Shown here piece after piece: positions 37,441 through 45,719 of a stretch of 64,000 bases of DNA (its first letter is position 1; every line of letters begins with the position of its first letter). A program made the position numbers and the translations under genes. The DNA is from a virus. Below the pieces are notes generated by a model. That model ran no database searches. It was not told the origin of the DNA and saw nothing but the letters and a program-made list of their open reading frames with translations. The DNA is taken from IMG/VR virus record IMGVR_UViG_3300017728_002360; one strand, given 5' to 3'.

Positions 37441-38607
37441 ATGTCACAACTACTAGAAAGTCGCTGGCAGGATACCAAAACTGCACTTTTAGAAGGCCTT
37501 AACGGCAATAAAAAGGCTGTAATGGCAAGTACTCTAGAAAACACACGCAAGTGGTTAAATGAGACTGCTACAGCTGGTTCTACAAGCGCCGGTAATGTTG
37601 CAACTCTAAATAGAGTTATTCTACCAGTAATCAGACGTGTCATGCCGACTGTAATAGCCAACGAATTAGTTGGTGTACAGCCGATGACAGGTCCAGTGGG
37701 TCAAATCCACACATTAAGAGTACGTTACGCTGATTCGTCAGATGGTAACGAAGTTGGTGAAGAAGCACTATCACCATTTAAGATCGCGGCGGCATACTCA
37801 GGTAACGCCACTGACGCAACACCAAAAGGATCTGCTACAGCGGCTCTTGAAGGTGCGGCTGGAAAGAGAATGTCTATCCAGATCTTAAAGCAAACAGTCG
37901 AAGCAAAAACCAGAAAGCTATCAGCAAGATGGACTTTTGAAGCGGCTCAGGATGCTCAAGCACAGCAAGGCATCGATATTGAAGCAGAAATTATGGCGGC
38001 ATTAGCCCAAGAAATTACTGCTGAGATCGATCAAGAAGTATTAGCTTCTTTGAGAGCTTTAGCTGGTACGCAAAACCAACAAGCATACGACCAGAACGCT
38101 GTAAGCGGTACTGCAACATTCGTAGGTGATGAACACGCGGCTTTGGCTGTGATGATCAACCGTGTTGCTAACAATATCGCACAGAGAACTAGACGTGGTG
38201 CTGGTAACTATGCTGTGGTTTCACCACACGCATTAACTATCCTACAATCTGCAACAACTTCAGCGTTCGCAAGAACAACTGAAGGTGCATTTGAGGCTCC
38301 AACTAATACTAAAATGGTTGGTACTTTGAATAGTGCTATGAAAGTATATGTTGATTCATATGCAAACGATAGTACAAGCATACTTGTAGGTTACAAAGGT
38401 TCAAGTGAATCAGACGCTCCAGCGTTCTACTGCCCATACATTCCTTTAATGTCAAGCGGTGTAGTACTGGATCCTGCAACTTTTGAACCAGTAGTTAGCT
38501 TTATGACAAGATACGGTTATGTTGAGTTAAACAACACAGCATCATCTCTTGGTAATGCGGCAGACTACTTAGGTACAGTTACTATTGCGAACGTAACATT
38601 TAGCTAA
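37441..38607 (+). CDS. gp23: Major capsid protein
   Basis: IRRVMPTVIANELVGVQPMTGPVGQI, EAKTRKLSARWTFEAAQD, FYCPYIPL and FMTRYG. Confidence 0.97.
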   Translation: MSQLLESRWQDTKTALLEGLNGNKKAVMASTLENTRKWLNETATAGSTSAGNVATLNRVILPVIRRVMPTVIANELVGVQPMTGPVGQIHTLRVRYADSSDGNEVGEEALSPFKIAAAYSGNATDATPKGSATAALEGAAGKRMSIQILKQTVEAKTRKLSARWTFEAAQDAQAQQGIDIEAEIMAALAQEITAEIDQEVLASLRALAGTQNQQAYDQNAVSGTATFVGDEHAALAVMINRVANNIAQRTRRGAGNYAVVSPHALTILQSATTSAFARTTEGAFEAPTNTKMVGTLNSAMKVYVDSYANDSTSILVGYKGSSESDAPAFYCPYIPLMSSGVVLDPATFEPVVSFMTRYGYVELNNTASSLGNAADYLGTVTIANVTFS

Positions 38608-38642
38608 TCCATAGGGTTAGTTACTTAATGTAACAAAGTATT

Positions 38643-38670
38643 AGAAAGGCCCTTCGGGGCCTTTCTTTTT
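38643..38670 (+). terminator. Rho-independent terminator after gp23
   Basis: AGAAAGGCCC-TTCG-GGGCCTTTCT followed by TTTT. Confidence 0.92.
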
Positions 38671-38688
38671 GACTAAATATTTGTACAA

Positions 38689-38735
38689 CGTTCAGCCGAT
38701 ATAGGCCGGAAGTAAGCATCTAAGCTGAAGGAACG
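38689..38735 (+). promoter_or_regulatory. Glutamine riboswitch aptamer (glnA-motif type)
   Basis: P1 CGTTC/GAACG, P2 GCC/GGC, junction GGAAGTAAG...CTGAAG (E-loop) and P3 AGC/GCT match my recollection of the glnA glutamine-riboswitch consensus. TAAATA at 38674-79 lies just upstream. Confidence 0.8.
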
Positions 38736-38761
38736 CACTTAACTGTAAAAAGGAGAGTGTA

Positions 38762-38953
38762 ATGAACAGATACGATTACCTACTTAAATCATACCGTGAG
38801 CAGAAAATGAGAGAACGCAAGGAGAAAATCCTTATGAAATCTCGTACTGAAGTTAACGTGAATGGAAATGGTACATCTGGATATACTGTTACAACTGGAC
38901 CAAGCAAAGGTAAAGTTTTAAAGCATATATCGATTAATCACGATAATAAGTAG
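38762..38953 (+). CDS. Small basic protein downstream of the glutamine riboswitch (63 aa)
   Basis: AGGAG RBS at 38751-55; Lys/Arg/Asn-rich. Confidence 0.75.
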   Translation: MNRYDYLLKSYREQKMRERKEKILMKSRTEVNVNGNGTSGYTVTTGPSKGKVLKHISINHDNK

Positions 38954-38972
38954 ATTTTGGTAAACTTTCTTA

Positions 38973-39001
38973 TTGACTTTTTTAGGAAAGTTTGCTATAT
39001 T
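38973..39001 (+). promoter_or_regulatory. sigma70-type promoter with no downstream ORF
   Basis: TTGACT (38973-78), 17-nt spacer, TG-extended TATATT (38996-39001). Same -35 as the gp55 and gp47 promoters. Confidence 0.75.
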
Positions 39002-39007
39002 AGTAAC

Positions 39008-39223
39008 ATAAGCATTAGTAGAGTAATTAACTACTAATTATAGTGCAAGGAAGAGGCCTTTACCAGAAGGGTCGAACTTGACTAACCAGGGGTGGTACCC
39101 AGGCTTTACCCGGAAAACGGAGGGAGTCACATCGAAGTCACTTTCGGGGTTAGGTTGTGCGTATTAGAATGGTATTCGGGTACGTGCTTGTAGGTGTAAC
39201 CAAGTCCTACCTATTTTGCTTAT
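39008..39223 (+). ncRNA. Candidate ~216-nt structured sRNA
   Basis: The predicted +1 (39008) is the first base of ATAAGCA, which pairs with TGCTTAT (39217-23). Internal stems include ATTAGTAG/CTACTAAT, GGCCTTT/AAGGGTC, CTAACC/GGTTAG and GTAGG/CCTAC. Confidence 0.65.
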
Positions 39224-39253
39224 ACTTTCCTTTACCCATTCCCTAAACTTTGA

Positions 39254-39342
39254 TAAATACTTGTGTCTATAAAGCGAGCCGCAAAATACGGCGGACTTAT
39301 GCGGACATAACCGCGTAGACCTAGAACGTCAAGGAGAAAAAA
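39254..39342 (+). promoter_or_regulatory. Late promoter plus structured 5' leader
   Basis: TAAATA at 39254-59; stems GTCTAT/GTAGAC, GCCG/CGGC and GCGG/CCGC ahead of the AAGGAG RBS. Confidence 0.55.
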
Positions 39343-39789
39343 ATGGGAAGACCAATTAATAAAAGATTTTTCGGAACACCAACAGCTGGTGGAAACGAAA
39401 TAAAAGTAGACTTTCATAATGGCACAGCCGTTAAAGAAGGTTATATCGTAAAACAAAAAGGTTCAAAGAAATTTGTTTGTGAAGAAATCGGAACAGCAGG
39501 TGAATTTACTTGTACACTAACAACAGGTAAACTTGCAAGTGCTTTAGCGGCAGGCGAAATGGCCATTACGGTAAAAGGTGACGATAACGAAACTTATCAA
39601 ATCTCTAAAATCGCAGGTAGAAAAGCTACAGTGATTGCACCAGATGGTACAGGATCAAATGCACTATCAGGAACATCATTAGCTTGGACATTTACAGCAT
39701 CTGGCTCAGATGGAGCGGCGCAGATCGAAGAAGCAGGTGATGATAACACATTATCAGGTACTGACGACGACGATTTCAGTAATGCGTAA
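39343..39789 (+). CDS. Virion structural protein, unknown function (148 aa)
   Basis: MGRPINKRFFG...GYIVKQKGSKKF; strong RBS; late promoter; followed by a hairpin. Confidence 0.7.
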   Translation: MGRPINKRFFGTPTAGGNEIKVDFHNGTAVKEGYIVKQKGSKKFVCEEIGTAGEFTCTLTTGKLASALAAGEMAITVKGDDNETYQISKIAGRKATVIAPDGTGSNALSGTSLAWTFTASGSDGAAQIEEAGDDNTLSGTDDDDFSNA

Positions 39790-39798
39790 TTAATTTGT

Positions 39799-39822
39799 TT
39801 GTGGGGGCTTTGGTCCCCACAA
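39799..39822 (+). terminator. GC-rich hairpin (weak terminator or mRNA stabiliser)
   Basis: TTGTGGGGGC-TTTG-GTCCCCACAA, with no clean U tract. Confidence 0.5.
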
Positions 39823-39840
39823 CAGTTTAAGGAAATTTAG

Positions 39841-40812
39841 ATGGCAAAGAATGTAGTAACAGACGGCGATTATAGAATCAAAACAGCAGATTCAGGTACA
39901 ATCTACTTGGACACAGGTAATCAGATTGGTCAAGTTTACTTGACAGGTAATCTTGTTGTTAAAGGAACTACAACGCAAGTTGATGCAACAGACCTTGCTT
40001 TAAAAGATAATATTATTGAAGTTAACTCAGGAGAACAGGGTGCAGGTGTTACACTTGGTACTGCTGGTATTCAAGTTGACAGAGGTAGTAAAGTAGATAC
40101 ACAATTTGTTTTTGATGAAAGTGTAAGTTGGAACGATCCAGTAACACAAACAATTAAACAAGGTGGATTTAAATTAAGAGATACCAATGGTGGTAACATT
40201 GGATTAGAAGTTAGAAGTATTTCAACAGGTGGTGGAGACTTATACTTAATTAATGCTGGTACAGGTGTTGTTAGTGTAAGTGGAACTAACCAATACGAAA
40301 ATCAAATTACAGACGACGATCATATTCCTAATAAAAAATATGTTGACGTTGCTATTGCGGCTCAGGTTGCCGCGGCTGACTTCCAAAAGATTAGAGATGG
40401 TGTTTCAAGTTATACACAGATGGTTGTTGCAGACTTTGAAACAACAGGACAAACTAGTGTAGCATCAATAACAGTTGAAGGTGTTACAACTGCTAATTTT
40501 TACGACAATAGAACAGAATTACACGATATAAGAATTGACGGTACAACAATTAGTACTACAAATTCTGGAAGTGATTTAAGATTATCAGCACCAGGAACAG
40601 GCTCAGTAGTAATTGATGACCAATTACAAATTTTAACTACACCTAGCCCAGATGACGGTTCAGTAGATCCAGCACAACCAACAGATGGTTTGAAGATTTA
40701 TACCAAGACTCAGGGAGTAGGTAAAACAGGCTTATATTATGTAAATAGTAATAATGTAAGAGACGAACTAATTAGTAAAAACAGATCATTGCTTTTAAGC
40801 ATGATTTTTTAA
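39841..40812 (+). CDS. Virion fibre/appendage-associated structural protein
   Basis: Beta-rich: GNLVVKGTTTQV...KDNIIEVNSGE...AGIQVDRG and IPNKKYVD motifs common in phage fibre proteins. Confidence 0.65.
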   Translation: MAKNVVTDGDYRIKTADSGTIYLDTGNQIGQVYLTGNLVVKGTTTQVDATDLALKDNIIEVNSGEQGAGVTLGTAGIQVDRGSKVDTQFVFDESVSWNDPVTQTIKQGGFKLRDTNGGNIGLEVRSISTGGGDLYLINAGTGVVSVSGTNQYENQITDDDHIPNKKYVDVAIAAQVAAADFQKIRDGVSSYTQMVVADFETTGQTSVASITVEGVTTANFYDNRTELHDIRIDGTTISTTNSGSDLRLSAPGTGSVVIDDQLQILTTPSPDDGSVDPAQPTDGLKIYTKTQGVGKTGLYYVNSNNVRDELISKNRSLLLSMIF

Positions 40813-40821
40813 GGATAGAAA

Positions 40822-41154
40822 ATGGCAATAGCACAAGCGGCAATAGGAAATACGGACACAGTGGTACTAACAGTACCAGCAAGTACGTCTTATGCGATTA
40901 CAACTGTTATGGTATGTAACCATGCAGGTTATAATAGCGGCGGAACTAACGATACGTCATTTGATTTACACTTTGTAAAGAGTGGACAAGCAAAGTCTAC
41001 AACTAACATGGTTGTAAAGGAAATGCCAGTACCAGGTGGAGAAACATTTACATTTGATACTGAAAAAGTTATCTTAGAAGCAGGCGATAAAGTAACTGTA
41101 TTAAGTCAAGCACCGTTGAACTTGAGTATAACTGTAAGTTATTTAGAGGTATAG
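40822..41154 (+). CDS. Small beta-sandwich virion protein (paralog of 44989 and 57409)
   Basis: TVPAST..AITTVMVCN...EKVILEAGD...VSYLEV. Confidence 0.7.
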   Translation: MAIAQAAIGNTDTVVLTVPASTSYAITTVMVCNHAGYNSGGTNDTSFDLHFVKSGQAKSTTNMVVKEMPVPGGETFTFDTEKVILEAGDKVTVLSQAPLNLSITVSYLEV

Positions 41155-41157
41155 TAA

Positions 41158-41661
41158 ATGAGATTCCTACGTAGACAATCAACAAATGCTCGTGGCCTTT
41201 ACGGACAAGATGATATCCGTAGAGATATTAACGGACAGATTGTACTTGACAGCAAAGACATGATGATGGTTCCTAAGGGAACAGCGGCTGACAAGATTAC
41301 TACACCAGCTAACGGCCATATGAGATATAACACAGATACAAATGTGTTTGAAAACTACCAAGGTGGTAGTTGGGCACCTATTAGAAGATTTGAACCAGCA
41401 ACTATTGTTATGCAAAGTTTAGGCAACGGTAATGACGTTGAAACTAAATTTGGTCCATTAAACAATGGCGACACTTATAACCCTGCTCCGGCGGCGGCAC
41501 AAAATTTAATCGTACTTGTTGAAAACGTATTTCAACTTCCAACAACAAACTATACTCTAGAACAAAACCCAGGCGGTTATGCGGCAGGATGGTATGTGGT
41601 ATTTGGTACAGCAGTACCTACAGGAAAACCAGTTACAGTTCTACACAACTTTGACAAATAA
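41158..41661 (+). CDS. Virion structural protein
   Basis: VPKGTAAD...NGHMRYNTDTNVFENY and VLVENVFQLPTTNYT motifs. Confidence 0.7.
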   Translation: MRFLRRQSTNARGLYGQDDIRRDINGQIVLDSKDMMMVPKGTAADKITTPANGHMRYNTDTNVFENYQGGSWAPIRRFEPATIVMQSLGNGNDVETKFGPLNNGDTYNPAPAAAQNLIVLVENVFQLPTTNYTLEQNPGGYAAGWYVVFGTAVPTGKPVTVLHNFDK

Positions 41662-41873
41662 TGTCCGACAACGGTATTTCACACTTAACATACAAAAGAC
41701 AAAGACAAGAAGCAAAGTTAAAACTTGCGGCTGATAAACGTGCGGCAACAGGCAAAAGATCTACACTTAAAAAAGGTAATATGCCTACACTATATACACC
41801 AAGCAATAACGACTCTGGTAAACTAAAAGAAATCACAACAGGAACTTTAAAAACTGGCCGTCCTTGGACATAA
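41661..41873 (+). CDS. Small basic hypothetical protein (70 aa)
   Basis: TAATG overlap with the previous gene; ends GRPWT. Confidence 0.6.
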   Translation: MSDNGISHLTYKRQRQEAKLKLAADKRAATGKRSTLKKGNMPTLYTPSNNDSGKLKEITTGTLKTGRPWT

Positions 41874-41905
41874 TTTTCCGATAAATATAATTATAGGAGG
41901 GTAAT

Positions 41906-43366
41906 ATGTCCCAAGTAGCACGTATATCAGGTCCGCTATTAGCGGCTAATCTAGTAAGAACACAGGCAAACCTTGCGTTTGAAACTGACCTTCTATACAT
42001 TGGACATCTAAATGATCGTATTGGTATTAAGACTTCTAGTCCTAGTGCTGAACTAAACATTAACGGTCAGATACACACCCCTAACATTTATAACGATCGC
42101 TTAACAGGTGGTAATCTAGAAGTTAACACCAACGGAGTTAGATCTATTGTAGGAGATATTATTTTAAATTCTCCTGGTATAGTTCATGCAGAAAAATTAA
42201 AAACAGAGAACTTACAGTTTGATACACGAATAATAAGTTCAATGGCAAACAATGATGATATTGTTTTTGATCCTAACCAAAGTGGTAAGGTACATTTCTT
42301 AAAAAATACAAAAGTAACAGGTAACGTTAATGCAACAGGTAACGTTGTTATTCCAGGTAACGTAACAGTAGGTGGTAACTTTGACATAGGTAATCAATCA
42401 ACTGATACAGTTGACTTTGACTTTGTTAGATTCCAACAAGACTTGGTTCCAAACAGAACAGAAGATTTATTAAATCTAGGAAGTACCACAAAACGTTGGA
42501 ATGATATTAATTCAGGTATGGCAGATATCGGTGATATAAACATTGATACTAACGTTATAACTACAAAATCTTTCAATGCTAATATGTACATTAGACCATC
42601 AGGCACTGGTGCTATTGTAGTTGAGGATTTACGTTTTAGTGCAAATGTTTTAAGTAGCACAGGATCAAATGATATAGTATTACAGCCAGGTGGAAATGAT
42701 ATAGGCATTACGGCAACAGGTGCTTTGAAAGTTCCAGCAGGTACAGAAGCACAAAGACCAAGTACTGCAAATGATGTGCGTTATAATACAACTACAAATT
42801 TCTTTGAATTATTTTCAACTGCATATACACCTTTGAGAGGTATATGGAGTGAAGATAGAAACACTTATGTACTAGCAAACAATGATAACAGCTTTAGCTT
42901 TGTTACTAATTCTGCAACAAATACTACACTTACAGACCAAGGATTAGTTACAAACAAACTAATTTCACAGAGTAACGTTACTATTGATAATGCAAATATT
43001 TCAAGTTCGGCGGCTAACCAGAACATTGTGTTTACAGCCAATGGAACAGGAACAGTTAATATAGGTGATTTAAAAATCAACGGAAACACTATTACAAACA
43101 CAGGATCAGGAGATATGGTATTCAGTACCCTTGGCACTGATTTAGGAGTTGTACAATTCGGCGGAACTGGTGGATTTCAAATACCAGCAGGTGGTGTTAC
43201 TGACAGACCTATTGGACAACTAGGTATGACCAGATACAATACTGTACTAAGATACTTAGAAACATGGGACGGAACTCAGTGGGCTAACGTGTCAGGTGCA
43301 GGTGATTCTGTAACCACAGAATATATGGAAGAATTAACTAATATCTATACCTTAGCACTAGGATAA
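41906..43366 (+). CDS. Fibre-like structural protein (paralog of 43509)
   Basis: RISGPLL.ANL.R N-terminus, repeated I.S...N.DI...P.G.G.V units and PAGT..QRP...RYNT. Confidence 0.75.
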   Translation: MSQVARISGPLLAANLVRTQANLAFETDLLYIGHLNDRIGIKTSSPSAELNINGQIHTPNIYNDRLTGGNLEVNTNGVRSIVGDIILNSPGIVHAEKLKTENLQFDTRIISSMANNDDIVFDPNQSGKVHFLKNTKVTGNVNATGNVVIPGNVTVGGNFDIGNQSTDTVDFDFVRFQQDLVPNRTEDLLNLGSTTKRWNDINSGMADIGDINIDTNVITTKSFNANMYIRPSGTGAIVVEDLRFSANVLSSTGSNDIVLQPGGNDIGITATGALKVPAGTEAQRPSTANDVRYNTTTNFFELFSTAYTPLRGIWSEDRNTYVLANNDNSFSFVTNSATNTTLTDQGLVTNKLISQSNVTIDNANISSSAANQNIVFTANGTGTVNIGDLKINGNTITNTGSGDMVFSTLGTDLGVVQFGGTGGFQIPAGGVTDRPIGQLGMTRYNTVLRYLETWDGTQWANVSGAGDSVTTEYMEELTNIYTLALG

Positions 43367-43508
43367 TTCCAAAAACGATAAATACTATTAACATAGAACA
43401 AGACCATCTGAAGGAGAGATACCCGAAGACGTTTTATGGGACAATACTGCGGTTAACCGGCAATGCAATCAGGTTAGAGGGACAGGATCCCCGTATTAGG
43501 AGAAACAA

Positions 43509-44984
43509 GTGGCTGTAGGTCGTATATCAGGTCCGCTTTTGAAGTCCAACCTTCTGCGTAATGGCGTGGATTTGGCATTTCAAACGGATTTACTTTATTT
43601 GGATGTTAGTAACAGTAGAATCGGTGTTAAGACTGCGACTCCTCAATACGACTTAGATATAAACGGCACCACAAGATCAACAGATTTAATTACAACAGGA
43701 ACAGCATACGTAGGTAATGTTAGAATAAGTGGTAACACTATTGATTCAGTATCAGGTGATTTAAACTTAACAACTGTTGGCTCAGACAAAGTAACTTCAT
43801 TAAAAACATTAGAAGTAGACGATTTAAGATTTGACACAAACGTTATTTCATCAACTGTATCAAATGCAGACATTGATATTATTCCAAACGGATCAGGTAA
43901 GGTTGATATACAAAGCGATTTAGCAGTTACAGGTAACATAGATATCACAGGAAATTTAGTTGCTGACGGTGACATTACAATTTCAGGTAACGTACAGATA
44001 GGTGATGATGATACTGATACTATTAGCATTACAGCAGGTATTACTTCAGACCTAAAACCAGACGCAAGTGCAGTATATAATTTAGGTACTCCAACTAAAA
44101 AGTGGAATAGCATACACGCATCAGCGGCCTACATTGATGATTTACAAATAGATACAAACGTAATACAAAACACGGTATCAAACGCAGACTTAGAATTAAG
44201 AACAAACGGATCAGGATATATTATTGTTGACGACTTCTTAATGAAGGCAAACAGATTAGAAACTGCATCTTCGGACATGGTGTTTAATCCAGGTAGCGGT
44301 GTTGTTAACGTTAATGCTACGGGCTCAGTAAGAATACCAGCAGGTACAACAGCTCAAAGACCAAGTGTACCAGCAATTGGTATGATACGTTACAACACAA
44401 CTACTGCAAAGTTTGAAGGTTATGATGGTAACTGGATTGTGTTAACAGGTGTGTATGATTTAGATGCTGACACATATATTACAGCAGAATTAACACCTGG
44501 TGCAAATGATAATACTATTAGATTTTACTCAAACGGTAATCAAATTGCTAGTATTACAGAAACAGAATTTAATGTATCTAAATTAAACGTAGATAGCATA
44601 CAAATTGACGGAAATACTATTAGTACAACTACTGCGGATACGGATTTAAACCTAATTCCGAACGGTACAGGCGGTGTACAAATAGACAATTTCAATATCA
44701 GCGGAAGTACTATAAATAACACTAGTAGCGGTGCTACAAGTGTGTTAGACCCAGGTACTGGATTCTTTAAAATTGAAGGTACAGATGCATTTATAGTTCC
44801 AGCTGGTACAGGTTCTCAACGTCACCCAAGTCCTGTTTTAGGAATGACACGTTGGAACACAACAGATGGAAGACTAGAAATATATGATGGGACAGTATGG
44901 GACACAGTTGCAGGTAGTTCTGGAGCAGTTTCTCAAACAGATGCACAAAACATCGCGTTAGAATTAGTATTGAGTTTAGGATAA
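43509..44984 (+). CDS. Fibre-like structural protein (paralog of 41906)
   Basis: Colinear with 41906 over its whole length. GTG start with AGGAG RBS. Confidence 0.75.
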   Translation: MAVGRISGPLLKSNLLRNGVDLAFQTDLLYLDVSNSRIGVKTATPQYDLDINGTTRSTDLITTGTAYVGNVRISGNTIDSVSGDLNLTTVGSDKVTSLKTLEVDDLRFDTNVISSTVSNADIDIIPNGSGKVDIQSDLAVTGNIDITGNLVADGDITISGNVQIGDDDTDTISITAGITSDLKPDASAVYNLGTPTKKWNSIHASAAYIDDLQIDTNVIQNTVSNADLELRTNGSGYIIVDDFLMKANRLETASSDMVFNPGSGVVNVNATGSVRIPAGTTAQRPSVPAIGMIRYNTTTAKFEGYDGNWIVLTGVYDLDADTYITAELTPGANDNTIRFYSNGNQIASITETEFNVSKLNVDSIQIDGNTISTTTADTDLNLIPNGTGGVQIDNFNISGSTINNTSSGATSVLDPGTGFFKIEGTDAFIVPAGTGSQRHPSPVLGMTRWNTTDGRLEIYDGTVWDTVAGSSGAVSQTDAQNIALELVLSLG

Positions 44985-44988
44985 TAGA

Positions 44989-45318
44989 ATGGCAACGTTT
45001 TTTAGAAATAAGATAGTAAAGAGTGTAGGACTAGTACCGGTAGAGATTATCGAAGTACCTGCAGGTTCTAAAGTTACTGCTATTGGTTTATCTGTGGCAA
45101 ACTTATTAGATGGTAATACAAGAGTTAGTATTACTATTAAAGATGATACATCAGTTACTGGATTTTATGTTAAAGATGTTATGATTGCTCCGAATGCCAG
45201 TTTACGTGCAATCAACGGTGGTGAAAAATTAGTTTTACCGGCGGCAAATATAGTTTATGTTACAGCAGATCAAAATGATGCTGTTGATGTAATCTTAAGT
45301 TATGTGGAGATTGTATAA
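44989..45318 (+). CDS. Small beta-sandwich virion protein (paralog of 40822 and 57409)
   Basis: VPAGSKVTAIGLSVAN...GEKLVL...LSYVEI. Confidence 0.7.
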   Translation: MATFFRNKIVKSVGLVPVEIIEVPAGSKVTAIGLSVANLLDGNTRVSITIKDDTSVTGFYVKDVMIAPNASLRAINGGEKLVLPAANIVYVTADQNDAVDVILSYVEIV

Positions 45319-45719
45319 TGAGTTTTAATTACGTAGGACAAGCACCATTAAGCGGTGATTCAGGCGAACGTTATTTCTACGCATTACGTAGAGACGATGA
45401 TGGACAAATGTTTATTCAAAAGGTAGACATGGCATCTCCAACAGACGAAGCACAGATTAACAGACCAGGTGGTACTGACGGTAACTATACAGAATTTCAA
45501 TCAGGTGAAGACTTCTTTGAAGGTAGAAATCCAAACCACGTATTAGTTTTTGATAACTTACTTTACGAACAAATGCGTTGGGACGACAAGAACATTTACT
45601 ATTACGTAAATGCAGAGGGCGAACTAGTTTTAAGAGTTAACACAAAATACGAATATGACAATGGTGTTTCAGGAGACCATTTAGTATTTGGAGCACCAGC
45701 AACAGGGTATAACGGATAA
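45318..45719 (+). CDS. Hypothetical virion protein
   Basis: RYFYALRRDDDG...YEQMRWDDKNIYYYVNAEGELVLRVN; translationally coupled on both sides. Confidence 0.7.
   Translation: MSFNYVGQAPLSGDSGERYFYALRRDDDGQMFIQKVDMASPTDEAQINRPGGTDGNYTEFQSGEDFFEGRNPNHVLVFDNLLYEQMRWDDKNIYYYVNAEGELVLRVNTKYEYDNGVSGDHLVFGAPATGYNG

Noticed and set aside
39089-39100. GGGGTGGTACCC resembling a T-box sequence
   Set aside because: No recognisable stem I or specifier loop, terminator or downstream amino-acid gene.
22092-39135. Shared 10-mer GTCACATCGA in both candidate ncRNAs (22092-101 and 39126-35)
   Set aside because: A rough chance expectation for regions of these sizes is about 0.1, so it is not significant alone.
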